NCBI GenBank assembly: GCA_964525675.1
Contig: CAZGJW010000001.1
Location: 40,467-104,466, forward strand
Length of the DNA: 64,000 nt
Direction of reading: 5' to 3'
From: an uncultured Spirochaetota bacterium
GTDB lineage: Bacteria; Spirochaetota; B62-G9; DRHN01
The translations under genes were made by a program, and so were the position numbers. The notes beneath the pieces are model-generated. The model made no database searches and was not told where the DNA came from. It saw only the letters and a list, made by a program, of their open reading frames with translations. Of this stretch, positions 1 through 10,070 are shown one piece after another. The stretch's first letter is position 1; each line of letters opens with the position of its first letter.

Positions 1-200
1 TTCATATCTTGGTTGACTCCGATTTTTTTCATCCCGATATTCAACGCTGCCTTTACCGGCATTCGGCCGATTGCCGCCTTCAGGGAACGTTCCTTCGCCG
101 CGCCGAAAAGCTCGTCGATTCTCTCTTGCCCTGATGTGGTGTAGTGATTGAAAATGTTTCGCACGATCTTCCTGTTCATTACATCTTCCAATTTAGACAT
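1..200 (-). CDS. hypothetical protein, partial; the gene runs off the left edge and its start codon is at 198-200
   Basis: Reverse-strand ATG is preceded by AAGGGGG 6 nt upstream. The open frame reads MSKLEDVMNRKIVRNIF... to the window edge. It is absent from the ORF track only because it is truncated. Confidence 0.4.
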   Translation of the reverse strand, partial: MSKLEDVMNRKIVRNIFNHYTTSGQERIDELFGAAKERSLKAAIGRMPVKAALNIGMKKIGVNQDM

Positions 201-410
201 ATATACCCCCTTCTAAGTAACTTCTCGCGAAGTTACTTTATGATATTCGGTCCCGCCAGGGACTTACGCCACTTCCAAGGTATATAAGGGCAAAATATGT
301 GCCAAATAAGCATCTATTTACTAAATCTATATATTATGAAAATTAACGAATTTATCACCTTTTCTTGAACTAACGAGTGCGAGAAATTATCTCGCACTTG
401 TTCGCGTTTA

Positions 411-833
411 GTGCGAGCAGTCGGCTATTTTTTCCTCTTTTCTTATAAACACATAAAACGATGCATAGAAGAAAAAGGGTACAAAACCCTTGTTATCGAT
501 GTCGGTATTCTCGATACACCCTGCTTCCAGCCCGATGTCACCCGTGCAGAAATGGCCCGCGATATCAACCTGCTCACCACACCCTATGTTTTCAACACAG
601 AAGATGCAACGCAAATGGCCAAGGCGGGAGCCGATATCATCGTTGCCCATATGGGCACAACCGTTTCAGGTTCGATAGGGGCAAAAACCGTGCGCGATGA
701 TATCATTTTTCTCTGTCACGGTGGGCCGATTGCCGAACCTGAGGATGCCTAGTACATCATCAAAACCTGCATCGGCATAGACGGTTTTTACGGGGCAAGC
801 TCCATGAACGCCTCCCGGTGGAGCGCGCAATAA
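411..833 (+). pseudogene. Tm-1-like (UPF0261 N-terminal domain + PF09370 TIM-barrel) gene remnant with internal deletions and an in-frame TAG
   Basis: The segment [22 protein letters not shown] matches UPF0261. It is joined directly to [29 protein letters not shown]...[13 protein letters not shown], which is PF09370. The TAG at 750-752 is in frame and is followed by YIIKTCIGIDGFYGASSM (compare the conserved GFYGASSMERLP). An upstream in-frame stop sits at 366-368, so about 500 aa of the expected protein are missing. Confidence 0.45.
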
Positions 834-1041
834 AAGAGCAGACAGAACAGTTCATAAAAATCAGGCGTCCCTGAAAGGCGAGGAAAGATTTCTGAATCCC
901 GGCTGTACACAGTATTTTTTAAAGATCTGATCCCCTTCTCAACGCAACAGACGCACTTTTTATTCATCATGTCGCCGGCACAAGCACCAGGATTTGTCAT
1001 ACCCTGTTTGGTGACGTATAATAAATCGGCGACAATATCGT

Positions 1042-1491
1042 TCAAAAAAGCACGCCTCTTGGAAATGGAACGAGAAGCAGCTTCGAAAAAAAGAGGTAGA
1101 AAAATCCGACCGTGGCAACCACGACCGCGATCTTTTTCAGCAGGTACAGGGCGGTTTTTTTCCTGCTGTCGAACATGATCGCAATGACTGAAAAAAAGAC
1201 GGCGCTCGTTACCACGAAACCGAGAAGCTTGATGAAAAACGTCCAGGCAATTAACAGAAGCCCGGCAGCAATGATATTGAGATACTTCACGCCGGTTTGT
1301 TCTAAGGCCTTCACCTTTTCCCGTTTTCTGAAAAAGCTCACGATCAGAAGCGCAAGGGCAAGGAGACCGAGAGCAATGACAACCGCCTGCGGAAACAGTA
1401 AGCCGAACATTGTAAACCGCCTCGACTCTATCCAGAAGTATGCGCAGAGGCCGAGAATGGCAATCGATGAAATTCTGTCCGCATTTTTCAT
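1042..1491 (-). CDS. tctB: tripartite tricarboxylate transporter small membrane subunit, TctB family
   Basis: 149 aa with 4 predicted hydrophobic helices. It overlaps the tctA stop by 4 nt and lies next to tctA and tctC. Confidence 0.6.
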   Translation of the reverse strand: MKNADRISSIAILGLCAYFWIESRRFTMFGLLFPQAVVIALGLLALALLIVSFFRKREKVKALEQTGVKYLNIIAAGLLLIAWTFFIKLLGFVVTSAVFFSVIAIMFDSRKKTALYLLKKIAVVVATVGFFYLFFSKLLLVPFPRGVLF

Positions 1492-2993
1492 TTCTTCTTT
1501 GCCTCAGCCAGATACTTTCTCAAAATCGGCCAGCATGCCGAAACCGCGGTGAGAAAAATCAGAACGATAGAAATAGGGCGGGTAAAAAAAATCGAAACAA
1601 TCGAGCCCGCAGCCTTGCCCATCAGAATCGACTGCACCAGTCCCTGCTCGCAGATATTCCCCAAAATCAGTCCGAGCACGATGGGACCCGGTCCGAAACC
1701 GACCTTTTTTCCCACATACCCGACAATGCCGAAGAAGAGCATTACGTATACATCGAAGATATTGTTGTGAATAGAGTACGACCCGATTATGCTCAGAAAA
1801 ACAACAAAGGGGGCGAGGAATGCGACCGGTATATTGGTGATGAGCTTCGATACCAGTTTGCCGCTGTATATTCCCATGGGCAGTATCAGCAAATTCGAAA
1901 GTATCAGTGAAAATATGAAGGTGTATATGATACCCGCATGAACCGTAAACAGGTCCGCGCCCGGCCGCATGCCCTGCAGCAGGAGGGCGCCGAGGAGCAC
2001 GGCTGCAGGCGGTGCACCCGGTATACCGAGAGTCAGAAGCGGTATGAGTGAGCCTGAAACCTCTGCATTATTCGAAGTTTCGGATGCAATGACACCGTCG
2101 ACAATCCCCCTTCCGAACTTCTGCGGGTACTTTGAGGCGCGAACTGCTTCGTTGTACGATACCAGTCCCGCAATATTTCCGCCTGCACCGGGAATGATCC
2201 CGACAATGGTGCCTATAACCGCGGACCTGATAACGAGCACCGGTTTTTTAAGGAGCTTGCGCAGTACGTTAAGGACTACATTTTTTTGTTTTCTGTAGGT
2301 AATAACGTGGTAGTGCTTTTCTTTCCTCTCGATCATACCTAATACTTCAGGAATACAGAAAAATCCGATCAGCGCCGGAATAAGGCCAATACCCTCCTGC
2401 AGGCTCACGGTCCCGAAGGTAAAACGGACGCTCCCGCCTATCGGCGCGATACCGATTGTGCTAATCAGAAGACCGAAAGCGCCGCCTATCAGCCCCTTGA
2501 GAATGGACTTCGATGCTAGGGTGGCAATAATTGTAAGCCCGAAGGTAGTGAGCCAGAAGAACTCGGGCGGGCCGAACTTGAGTGACGCTCTGGAAAGCGG
2601 GGGCGACAGGAATATGAGAAAGAGCACGCCGATGAGTCCGCCGACAACCGACGAAACAGTGGCCGTAACAATCGCCCTGTACGCTTCTCCCTTCTTTGCG
2701 AGAGGGTAGCCGTCGAACGTGGTGGCGATAGCGGATGGCGTGCCCGGCGTGTTTATGAGTATGGCGGAGAAACAGCCGCCGTATATTGCGCCACAGTATA
2801 TTGCACCGAGGAGCACGAGCCCGTGAATCGGCGCCATGGCAAAGGTAAAGGGTACGAGAAGCGCGATTGCCATTGTCGCGGTCAGGCCGGGAAGGGCTCC
2901 TACTATAATACCGGAACCAACCCCGAGAATGATGAAAAGCAGGTTCATAGGATAGAAGATGGCGATGAAGGACGACATCAAGTTTACGTTCAT
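1488..2993 (-). CDS. tctA: tripartite tricarboxylate transporter large permease, TctA family
   Basis: 501 aa polytopic membrane protein with a TctA-like N-terminus (GVGSGIIVGALPGLTATMAIALLVPFTF). Its genomic context is the TctC and TctB genes. Confidence 0.85.
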   Translation of the reverse strand: MNVNLMSSFIAIFYPMNLLFIILGVGSGIIVGALPGLTATMAIALLVPFTFAMAPIHGLVLLGAIYCGAIYGGCFSAILINTPGTPSAIATTFDGYPLAKKGEAYRAIVTATVSSVVGGLIGVLFLIFLSPPLSRASLKFGPPEFFWLTTFGLTIIATLASKSILKGLIGGAFGLLISTIGIAPIGGSVRFTFGTVSLQEGIGLIPALIGFFCIPEVLGMIERKEKHYHVITYRKQKNVVLNVLRKLLKKPVLVIRSAVIGTIVGIIPGAGGNIAGLVSYNEAVRASKYPQKFGRGIVDGVIASETSNNAEVSGSLIPLLTLGIPGAPPAAVLLGALLLQGMRPGADLFTVHAGIIYTFIFSLILSNLLILPMGIYSGKLVSKLITNIPVAFLAPFVVFLSIIGSYSIHNNIFDVYVMLFFGIVGYVGKKVGFGPGPIVLGLILGNICEQGLVQSILMGKAAGSIVSIFFTRPISIVLIFLTAVSACWPILRKYLAEAKKK

Positions 2994-3098
2994 ATCAGAT
3001 TCCCGTACCTTCTCTCATACAACATTCGCGCTGAACATGTGAAAAGATATCCTGCCATCACATAGGGACGCGTTGCGTCCGGATAATAACACCCTGTA

Positions 3099-4085
3099 CT
3101 AAATGACGCCGAGTCCCTTCAGAATCTCGGTGTACACAACCTTTTTCTTCTCGATGTACGCCTTAAACTCCTTTGACCTTATCTGCTGCACGAGAAAACC
3201 GAGCTCTTCCATCTTGTTCATGAATGTCGGGCTTTTACACACCGCCTCGAATGCGTCCTCGAGCCGCTTGATCACCTCGTCCGGCGTTCCCGGAGGTACG
3301 CACACACCGCGGTCAATACCTGCCGTCATATCGTACCCGAGCTCCATGAATGTCGGTACATCCGGAAGATGGGGCAGAAATCTCCTCTCGGTTCCAATCG
3401 CGAGAATGTTGATCTTGTCCCTGTGCAGAACGAGATCGTCGGAATTTGCAAACAGGGCCCCGGTATGGCCGCCGAGGAAATTGGCAACGGACGGAGCGGC
3501 GCCTGTCGACGGAATGTAGGTGAACTCTACACCGGCAAGCTTCTGAAGCTGCAACAGCGCGAGATGGTGCCCGCTGTGGGTACCTGAACCGCCGATTGTA
3601 ATCTCGCCCGGGTGTACCTTCGCATAGTCGATGAACTGCGCCAGAGTTTTGAACCTGCTGTCCTTTAGCACGGCGAGACCAATGGGGGTCGTCTCGAACA
3701 TGTACACGGGCACGAGCTGGTCCGTTTCATACCCAGCATTGTCCCTTACCAGCGGCTGAATGATAATATGGGGAATATTGTTTCCGCATATGGTGTAGCC
3801 GTCCGGTTTGTCCTTCACCAGGCTGGACCATGCAACGGCACCGCCCGCACCCGGCATATACTTGATGATTACATTGACGCCGAGATTCTTCTGCAGGTTT
3901 TCTTTTTGAAACTGCGCCGTTATATCCGATTGTCCGCCCGGATCGAACGGTATTATATACTCGATGTTCTGTGCTGGATATTTCTCCACCTCTTCACGCT
4001 CACCTGCGGCAAACATAGTAGAAGCGGCGGATAAAAGCATGGCACATACTATGAAGCCAACTACCAATCCTTTCGAATTTCTCAT
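3099..4085 (-). CDS. tctC: tripartite tricarboxylate transporter substrate-binding protein (TctC/Bug family)
   Basis: 328 aa with a signal peptide and a Bug-family periplasmic binding fold. It sits immediately upstream of tctA on the same strand. Confidence 0.8.
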   Translation of the reverse strand: MRNSKGLVVGFIVCAMLLSAASTMFAAGEREEVEKYPAQNIEYIIPFDPGGQSDITAQFQKENLQKNLGVNVIIKYMPGAGGAVAWSSLVKDKPDGYTICGNNIPHIIIQPLVRDNAGYETDQLVPVYMFETTPIGLAVLKDSRFKTLAQFIDYAKVHPGEITIGGSGTHSGHHLALLQLQKLAGVEFTYIPSTGAAPSVANFLGGHTGALFANSDDLVLHRDKINILAIGTERRFLPHLPDVPTFMELGYDMTAGIDRGVCVPPGTPDEVIKRLEDAFEAVCKSPTFMNKMEELGFLVQQIRSKEFKAYIEKKKVVYTEILKGLGVI

Positions 4086-4387
4086 AACAACCTCCTGTCG
4101 AATTTTACTGATACAAGAGTAACGCAGATTTAACTGGAGGTAAAGAAGGGTACGGAGCGCAAATAAAAAAAATACTTATAATTAATATAGAACTATAATT
4201 AATCCTTATATGTTTCGCCCTGCTCGTGCATATCCATAGAGATGAAAATATAAAGGGTTGTGAGCGGTACTGCCATCGCTTCAGAAAATACGCCGGGCCT
4301 GTTTTCATTTTCCCGTCAGACATTTATTTGATCAAGCGGGCTAATGTACTATATTATAGAAAACCTGTCTGGCACTGGAGAATCCTG

Positions 4388-5374
4388 ATGAAGAAGGTGG
4401 TATTTACCGGAGATCGGCTATTCTTAAAGTTTAAAAACTTCGAATACTTCGAAAAGCGGGCATCAGAAGCGGATCTGAAAATCGCGTACGTTCAAAGTGA
4501 AAACGACAATGACCTCAAAAAAGAAGTGAGGGAGGCTTCAGCCGTCGTTCTGATTGCGAGAAACATAAACCCGGATATCATAAACAGTATGGAAAAATGC
4601 GAGCTTATACTAACGCTTTCGGTCGGCTATGACTGTGTCGACCTCACGGCGGCAACAAGAAAAAAAATTCCCGTATGCAATACGCCCTCATACTGCACAG
4701 ATGATGTGGCCAACCATGCAATGACGCTCATACTGTCTCTCGCCAGGAAGATACAACAGATCATTCCGAATACACGGAATGCAAGCTGGGAATACAAATA
4801 TACGAAACCGATATTCAACTACAGAGATAAAATCTTTGCGATCATCGGCCTTGGAAAGATCGGGCGCAACATAGTTCCCAAGGCAAAGGGTTTCGGTATG
4901 CGCGTTATTGCGTACGATCCCTATGTCGATGATGACATTTTCATGCTGACCGGTGTTGGGCGCAGATACGAACTCGAGGATCTCCTCCGAGAAGCGGACT
5001 ATATTACCATCCATGCACCTCTCACCGCGGAGACGCGCCACATGATCGACGCACAGGCGTTTGGCCTCATGAAGGAGAATGCGGTTATTGTGAACACTGC
5101 GCGTGGTGCCATTATCGACCAGGACGCACTGTGCGATGCGCTCAGGCAGGGGAAAATCGCAGGCGCAGGTATAGATGTGCTCGAAAAGGAGCCGCCCGCC
5201 AAAGACAACCCGCTGCTGTCTTTTGATAACGCGATTATTACGCCCCATATCGCGTGGTATTCGGAGGAGAGCTTTAAAAAAGATATGGAACAGGGGATGG
5301 ATGAGCTCCTCCGCGTGCTGACCGGCCACAGGCCTAGATATATTGTCAATCCAGAAATATTCGGCACTACGTAG
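4388..5374 (+). CDS. D-isomer-specific 2-hydroxyacid dehydrogenase (NAD-binding, PHGDH/CtBP-like)
   Basis: A Rossmann GxGxxG motif (GLGKIGRNI) is present, along with the catalytic region conserved in D-2-hydroxyacid dehydrogenases. I moved the start to the internal ATG at 4388 (MKKVVFTG); the longer ORF prefix does not look coding. Confidence 0.8.
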   Translation: MKKVVFTGDRLFLKFKNFEYFEKRASEADLKIAYVQSENDNDLKKEVREASAVVLIARNINPDIINSMEKCELILTLSVGYDCVDLTAATRKKIPVCNTPSYCTDDVANHAMTLILSLARKIQQIIPNTRNASWEYKYTKPIFNYRDKIFAIIGLGKIGRNIVPKAKGFGMRVIAYDPYVDDDIFMLTGVGRRYELEDLLREADYITIHAPLTAETRHMIDAQAFGLMKENAVIVNTARGAIIDQDALCDALRQGKIAGAGIDVLEKEPPAKDNPLLSFDNAIITPHIAWYSEESFKKDMEQGMDELLRVLTGHRPRYIVNPEIFGTT

Positions 5375-5705
5375 AGGTGCGCTGTTTTATGATCATCGAA
5401 CCGAAAATATGAGCTCTGGCAGAAAGTTAATTCTGAGAATATCGAGGAGTTTTCTGATATACAGGGGTTCCGGGATGAATTTCATCACGGATTCGGCATG
5501 CCGGGAGTCGACTACACCGCCGACGCAAAGGTTAATGGCAGATAACGTACACCCCTTCCTGTTTCTGTATTACTCTGTTCATCAGCACGCGTTTCAAGAA
5601 TGATTGTTTAAATTAATAGATTCAGCATTACAGGCACGTGGTTTATAGAAAAAACACACACCTGCAACTACGTGGAAATATAACCGCCGGGGACATGCAC
5701 CGAAC

Positions 5706-7190
5706 TCAATCCTGTTCATAGGCTCCAATTGACCAGGCTCCGTCCCGCGGGTTGTCGTCCCGGTCGTAGTTGAACTGACCGTTGAAGAAGGTCGACCCGC
5801 CACCCTTCACCTCAGCAGGAGAGCCTGCAGTAAGATGCCAGTCGTTGTCATCTATTGTTGTCACATCGTTGTCAGTACCGTCAGGGTCTGTAAATACCGG
5901 ATCATAATCGATGTTTCCACCGGCAAAGCTCAGAGCATTGACACCGCTTCCATCTCCAAGCGACGAATAGTCGCTGCCATTGAAATATAGATAGGTAGCG
6001 CCGCCGGTACTCCAGAGATCATTTGCAATCAAGTTATCGGGGTACGCCGTAGTATCCGCGCAGTAGACGCAGTACGGAGCACTGCCGCCTGAGATAAAGA
6101 CGATATTGTTCCGTATATCCGGCTTGGCTCCAAGGCTGAGCACTATACCGTATGCACCGTTGCCTGCTCCACCGTCTATAGTGTTGTTCACGATGTATCC
6201 GGTCGAAGAGTCCCTAACTTCTATCCCCCGGGATCCGCTGGTCGGATCTCCTGCGTACACAAGGTTGTTCCGTATAAACATATCTGACGCTAACCCGATA
6301 AATATTCCCGTTGCCATATTACCGTTCTCACCGCCAGTTATAGTGTTGTTTTCAACTACACCACTTGAACTATTTATTCTTATGCCGGTTGTACCACTGT
6401 TTCCGTCATTGAAGTCACCGTAACCACCGTAGATGAAGTTGTCCCGTACGGTTATCGAGTCGCTTCCCTGTAGTCCGATACCGCCGCAGTCAATCCCCTG
6501 CCCAGCGTAAATATCGTTTCCTTCCACCACGGTTTCCCCGGTCACACTATCGATAAACAGTGCAGTTGTCGCACCCACGGCCGTATCGCCGCTGTACAGG
6601 GTACAATTCTCAATCGTGCTGTCCTGACCTCCCATACTAATACATTCTGTATCCCCCGGGTTTCCGGCGGCATCCCCGCCGTACACCATGTTGTTACTGA
6701 AGGTGACATTGTCCTGTATACTTACCGCACGCGAGCTTCCCGAAACATCCGCGCCTTCAATGGTAAAACCATCCATGGTCGAGTTAACCAGCGACACGGT
6801 GCGAACCCACTCTCCCGATGTTTGGGTGTTGGTGATTATTGTTTGATAGGTTGTGATACTTCTGTTGCTGAAGTCTGAGGAATACCCTCCATACACCTCG
6901 TCATTATCGAAATCGAGCCTTTCATTAGTGACACTGTAGGTCCCCTTTGCAACGTGGATGTTGGCAGATTGCGCCTCTTCACTGCTCTTCATCTGAAGCG
7001 CCGCCTGTATGGTTGCAAGCGGTTCACCCATTGTGCCATCGTTTGAATCGTTTCCTGTACCGCTGCTTACATAAATGCTAATAGTGCCCCCTACACTTCC
7101 ACTGTTATCTCCACCTCCACTGCAGCTAATGAGGAGCAACACGCTCACCAAAAAAATCGCTACAAGAGCGATAATACCGTATCTTTTCAT
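5706..7190 (-). CDS. secreted lipoprotein with right-handed parallel beta-helix repeats (pectin-lyase fold)
   Basis: Signal peptide plus lipobox (LLLISC). It contains many GG/N-rich ~22-aa beta-helix repeats. The C-terminal DWHLTAGSPA...GAYE motif is typical of beta-helix repeat proteins. Confidence 0.6.
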   Translation of the reverse strand: MKRYGIIALVAIFLVSVLLLISCSGGGDNSGSVGGTISIYVSSGTGNDSNDGTMGEPLATIQAALQMKSSEEAQSANIHVAKGTYSVTNERLDFDNDEVYGGYSSDFSNRSITTYQTIITNTQTSGEWVRTVSLVNSTMDGFTIEGADVSGSSRAVSIQDNVTFSNNMVYGGDAAGNPGDTECISMGGQDSTIENCTLYSGDTAVGATTALFIDSVTGETVVEGNDIYAGQGIDCGGIGLQGSDSITVRDNFIYGGYGDFNDGNSGTTGIRINSSSGVVENNTITGGENGNMATGIFIGLASDMFIRNNLVYAGDPTSGSRGIEVRDSSTGYIVNNTIDGGAGNGAYGIVLSLGAKPDIRNNIVFISGGSAPYCVYCADTTAYPDNLIANDLWSTGGATYLYFNGSDYSSLGDGSGVNALSFAGGNIDYDPVFTDPDGTDNDVTTIDDNDWHLTAGSPAEVKGGGSTFFNGQFNYDRDDNPRDGAWSIGAYEQD

Positions 7191-7458
7191 CTTAACCCCC
7201 TTTTGACAGAAAATTTAGTGAGATGTCATCATTTTACGATAACACGCGGTCCACATGACAATCACTATATACCCTAATTACATTATGTCAATAATTAATT
7301 ATAGTATTAAAGGTCTAGAAAAAATCCTGTTTTGAGATATTAACGTTTTGGCAGTGTTGCCACTGCTACGAGATAATTTTGGGGACATCATACTTAATTA
7401 CATTTCAGTAGAATACGTCTACATACGGCCGAGTATCTGGCAGTAAACTGGCAAGAAG

Positions 7459-8466
7459 TTACGTAAAGGGTACGTATTTTTGCGCGAGGTCGAAACAGGA
7501 GATAATTGCCTCCTCCATGCTCGCCGGATTTGCCGTTCCTTTCCAGGCAATATCGAATGCCGTGCCATGGTCGACGGAGGTTCTGATGAAGGGCAGGCCG
7601 AGGGTTACGCTCACGGTGCGGTAAAAATCATACGTCTTTGCCGCAATATGTCCCTGGTCATGGTACAGGGATAAAACCCCGTCGAACTCTCCTTCGAGTG
7701 CACGGTGAAAAACACTGTCCGCCGGCACAGGCCCATCGACATTCGCTCCTCTCTCCCGCGCAGCCTCACAGGCGGGCACAAGAACCTCCGCCTCTTCTCT
7801 GCCGAAAAGCCCGCCGTCGGAAGCATGGGGATTGAGCGCTGCAAGGGCAAGCCTTCTTTTTGCGTATCCAAGAGAGCGCAGGCAGGTATCTGCAAGAAGA
7901 ATACTGTCTGTTACTCCCGTGATGTTCAATTCCTCTATCATCTTTCTGAGGGAGATGTGCCGTGTATGGAAGAATATCTTGAGCCTGTCGACCATGAACA
8001 TGGTAACGCTGTCTGAGGAGCCTGCCATGCTCGAGAGCATCTCGGTATGGCCAATATAAGAAAACCCCGCCTTTTGAAGCGCCTCCTTGTTTATCGGCGC
8101 GGTAGCAATCCCGTCAACCTTTCCATCCAGGGCAAGATCTGCCGCCTTGCGTATATAAGAAACTGCGGCCCTGCCGCCAAGCTCAGATACTTCTCCAACC
8201 AGGAGTGAAGAAACATCTCGCACAATTTCCATGTCGAACACCGAAACGACGTTTCCTGGATGAAAAGCCTCTTCGACATTCCGAACCCGACTGACGGCAA
8301 TATCCATACCAAGCCTGTTCCGTACCGCTTCCATTACCGCCATGTCACCGATCACGACACAGGTCCCCTTTGCCCTGACCCTTTCCGAAGCGCATGCCCT
8401 GAGCACTATCTCGGGTCCGATGCCCGAAGGGTCCCCCATGGTTGCGGCGATTATCCTCCCCTTCAT
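7459..8466 (-). CDS. pdxA: 4-hydroxythreonine-4-phosphate dehydrogenase
   Basis: N-terminal IAATMGDPSGIGPEI, plus histidine and aspartate metal-binding regions typical of the PdxA/PdxA2 family. Confidence 0.85.
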   Translation of the reverse strand: MKGRIIAATMGDPSGIGPEIVLRACASERVRAKGTCVVIGDMAVMEAVRNRLGMDIAVSRVRNVEEAFHPGNVVSVFDMEIVRDVSSLLVGEVSELGGRAAVSYIRKAADLALDGKVDGIATAPINKEALQKAGFSYIGHTEMLSSMAGSSDSVTMFMVDRLKIFFHTRHISLRKMIEELNITGVTDSILLADTCLRSLGYAKRRLALAALNPHASDGGLFGREEAEVLVPACEAARERGANVDGPVPADSVFHRALEGEFDGVLSLYHDQGHIAAKTYDFYRTVSVTLGLPFIRTSVDHGTAFDIAWKGTANPASMEEAIISCFDLAQKYVPFT

Positions 8467-8532
8467 TTACTCCTCCATTTCTGGTGCATGCCACCGGCAT
8501 TGCGAACACACTTTTCGCCCCATTGGCCCAAT

Positions 8533-9348
8533 TCATTTTTTCTTTTTTCCTTTCAGCACGTTTTTGAACCGTTTCCCAACCCTCGAAACCTGCACCTGCA
8601 CCTGTTCTGCTTTCTGGGCCATGTCGGAAAGCACGCTTTCCCGCTCCGCCGTACATATAACAAGATCGAGTTCGTTTTTGGCATTCAGTACGGGAAAGAG
8701 CTCGAGCATGGCATCAAAATACTTCTCTCCTGACTCAAGGTGTACTTTGCCTGCAGACAATCCCTCCCGTTTTCGACCGATATCGCGTATGAGCTCTTCG
8801 AAGGGTAAACCCCGAACAATATCGACTATATTTTTCCCCTGGAATTCGTTCATACCAGAACCCAAACCATCGGCAAACCTTTTACTGCAGTACTGAATTG
8901 TTCCCTGAACATCGTTTATACAGAGCCGAAGCTCACAATGCTCCAGCAGAAATCGGTTCACCCCGGAAAGCACACCGATCTTGAGGCTTTTCGCCTCGTT
9001 CATTCTGTTGAGCTCGAAAAAGAGAGTGTTGATGCGCTCACCGAGCTTGCCGAGGCGTCGCATGTAATCTCCCGAATAGTACCTTCCCTGACGTGAGAGC
9101 TGTGATATCTTGTCAAGCTCCCGAAACACCTGAACGTTTTTCCTGCCCATGATAAGATAGAGCACGGCAACGATCAATACAGCGATTATGCTGATAAAAA
9201 CGGCGTTTTCGGCCTGGTACTTTACCTGCAGCACTCCGGCCACCCCTCCCCCGCTCATAGTCAGATAATTCTCCACGCCGAGCAGTATCAGAAGGGAACA
9301 GGTGAGAAAAAACGTAAGGTAAAAAAATGCTTTTTTTATGAGAACCAT
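8533..9348 (-). CDS. membrane protein with two N-terminal TM helices and a cytoplasmic domain of unknown function (possible sensor)
   Basis: I moved the start to the ATG at 9348, which has AAGGAGA 6 nt upstream. The longer ORF would overlap trkA by 40 nt. Confidence 0.5.
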   Translation of the reverse strand: MVLIKKAFFYLTFFLTCSLLILLGVENYLTMSGGGVAGVLQVKYQAENAVFISIIAVLIVAVLYLIMGRKNVQVFRELDKISQLSRQGRYYSGDYMRRLGKLGERINTLFFELNRMNEAKSLKIGVLSGVNRFLLEHCELRLCINDVQGTIQYCSKRFADGLGSGMNEFQGKNIVDIVRGLPFEELIRDIGRKREGLSAGKVHLESGEKYFDAMLELFPVLNAKNELDLVICTAERESVLSDMAQKAEQVQVQVSRVGKRFKNVLKGKKKK

Positions 9349-9349
9349 G

Positions 9350-10042
9350 TCATTCTCCTTGCAGCGAATCGATGTCCCCGTCTCGTGCAATAACGACGAG
9401 CACGTCTTCCTTTTCCAGAACTGCTGAAAGTGACGGCTGAAGTATTATCTCATCGATACGCGGATTTCCCTGATCATCAATGGATGTCTTCTTTCTCTTG
9501 ATCGATATAATGTTGATATTGAGCTTTTTCAAAAGGTCTATCTTCGGAACGGGTTTGCCGACCATGCTCTGTGGTACAATAATCTCCGCAAGCGATTGGT
9601 TCTGAGAAATTGGAACCCGCTCAAGAACATCAGGCGATATGAGCCTGCCTGCAAGCTGTCGCCCCTCCTCGATTTCTATAAAGAGCACTTCTGTTGCGCC
9701 CACCTGCTTGAGAACCTGCGCGTGTATATCGGATATGGCCCGCGAAATGATGTAGGGCACGCCGATGTTCTTGAGGATCGCGGTGGTCAGTATACTCGCT
9801 TCCATGTCGTCCCCGATTGCCACAACAGCCACGTCGACCTCCGCCAGCGGAGCACTTTTAATCGACTCCTCGTCGGTGCTATCGATCAGTATGGCCTGGG
9901 TTACCAGATCCTTTACCCGATCGACAAGCTTCTGGTTTACGTCGATTGCAATTACTTTTCCGCCCTTTTCGGAGAGAACCCTGCACAGCTCCAGACCAAA
10001 GGTCCCGATGCCGAATACGGCGAACGCCTTTTCCTTTCGCAT
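9350..10042 (-). CDS. trkA: potassium uptake protein TrkA/KtrA (RCK_N NAD-binding + RCK_C)
   Basis: GIGTFGLEL Rossmann motif. 230 aa. It lies immediately downstream of trkH. Confidence 0.8.
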   Translation of the reverse strand: MRKEKAFAVFGIGTFGLELCRVLSEKGGKVIAIDVNQKLVDRVKDLVTQAILIDSTDEESIKSAPLAEVDVAVVAIGDDMEASILTTAILKNIGVPYIISRAISDIHAQVLKQVGATEVLFIEIEEGRQLAGRLISPDVLERVPISQNQSLAEIIVPQSMVGKPVPKIDLLKKLNINIISIKRKKTSIDDQGNPRIDEIILQPSLSAVLEKEDVLVVIARDGDIDSLQGE

Positions 10043-10070
10043 GATGTGTACACTCCTTATCTGTTTTGTC

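Noticed and set aside
750-752. In-frame TAG as a candidate pyrrolysine codon
   Set aside because: The three MttB-superfamily genes in this window are uninterrupted, so they are of non-Pyl type. No pyl genes are visible. The host gene also carries large internal deletions, so simple decay explains it.
7352-7385. GCAGTG-TTGC-CACTGC hairpin considered as a terminator
   Set aside because: No U-tract follows on the relevant (minus) strand, so it is not convincing as an intrinsic terminator.
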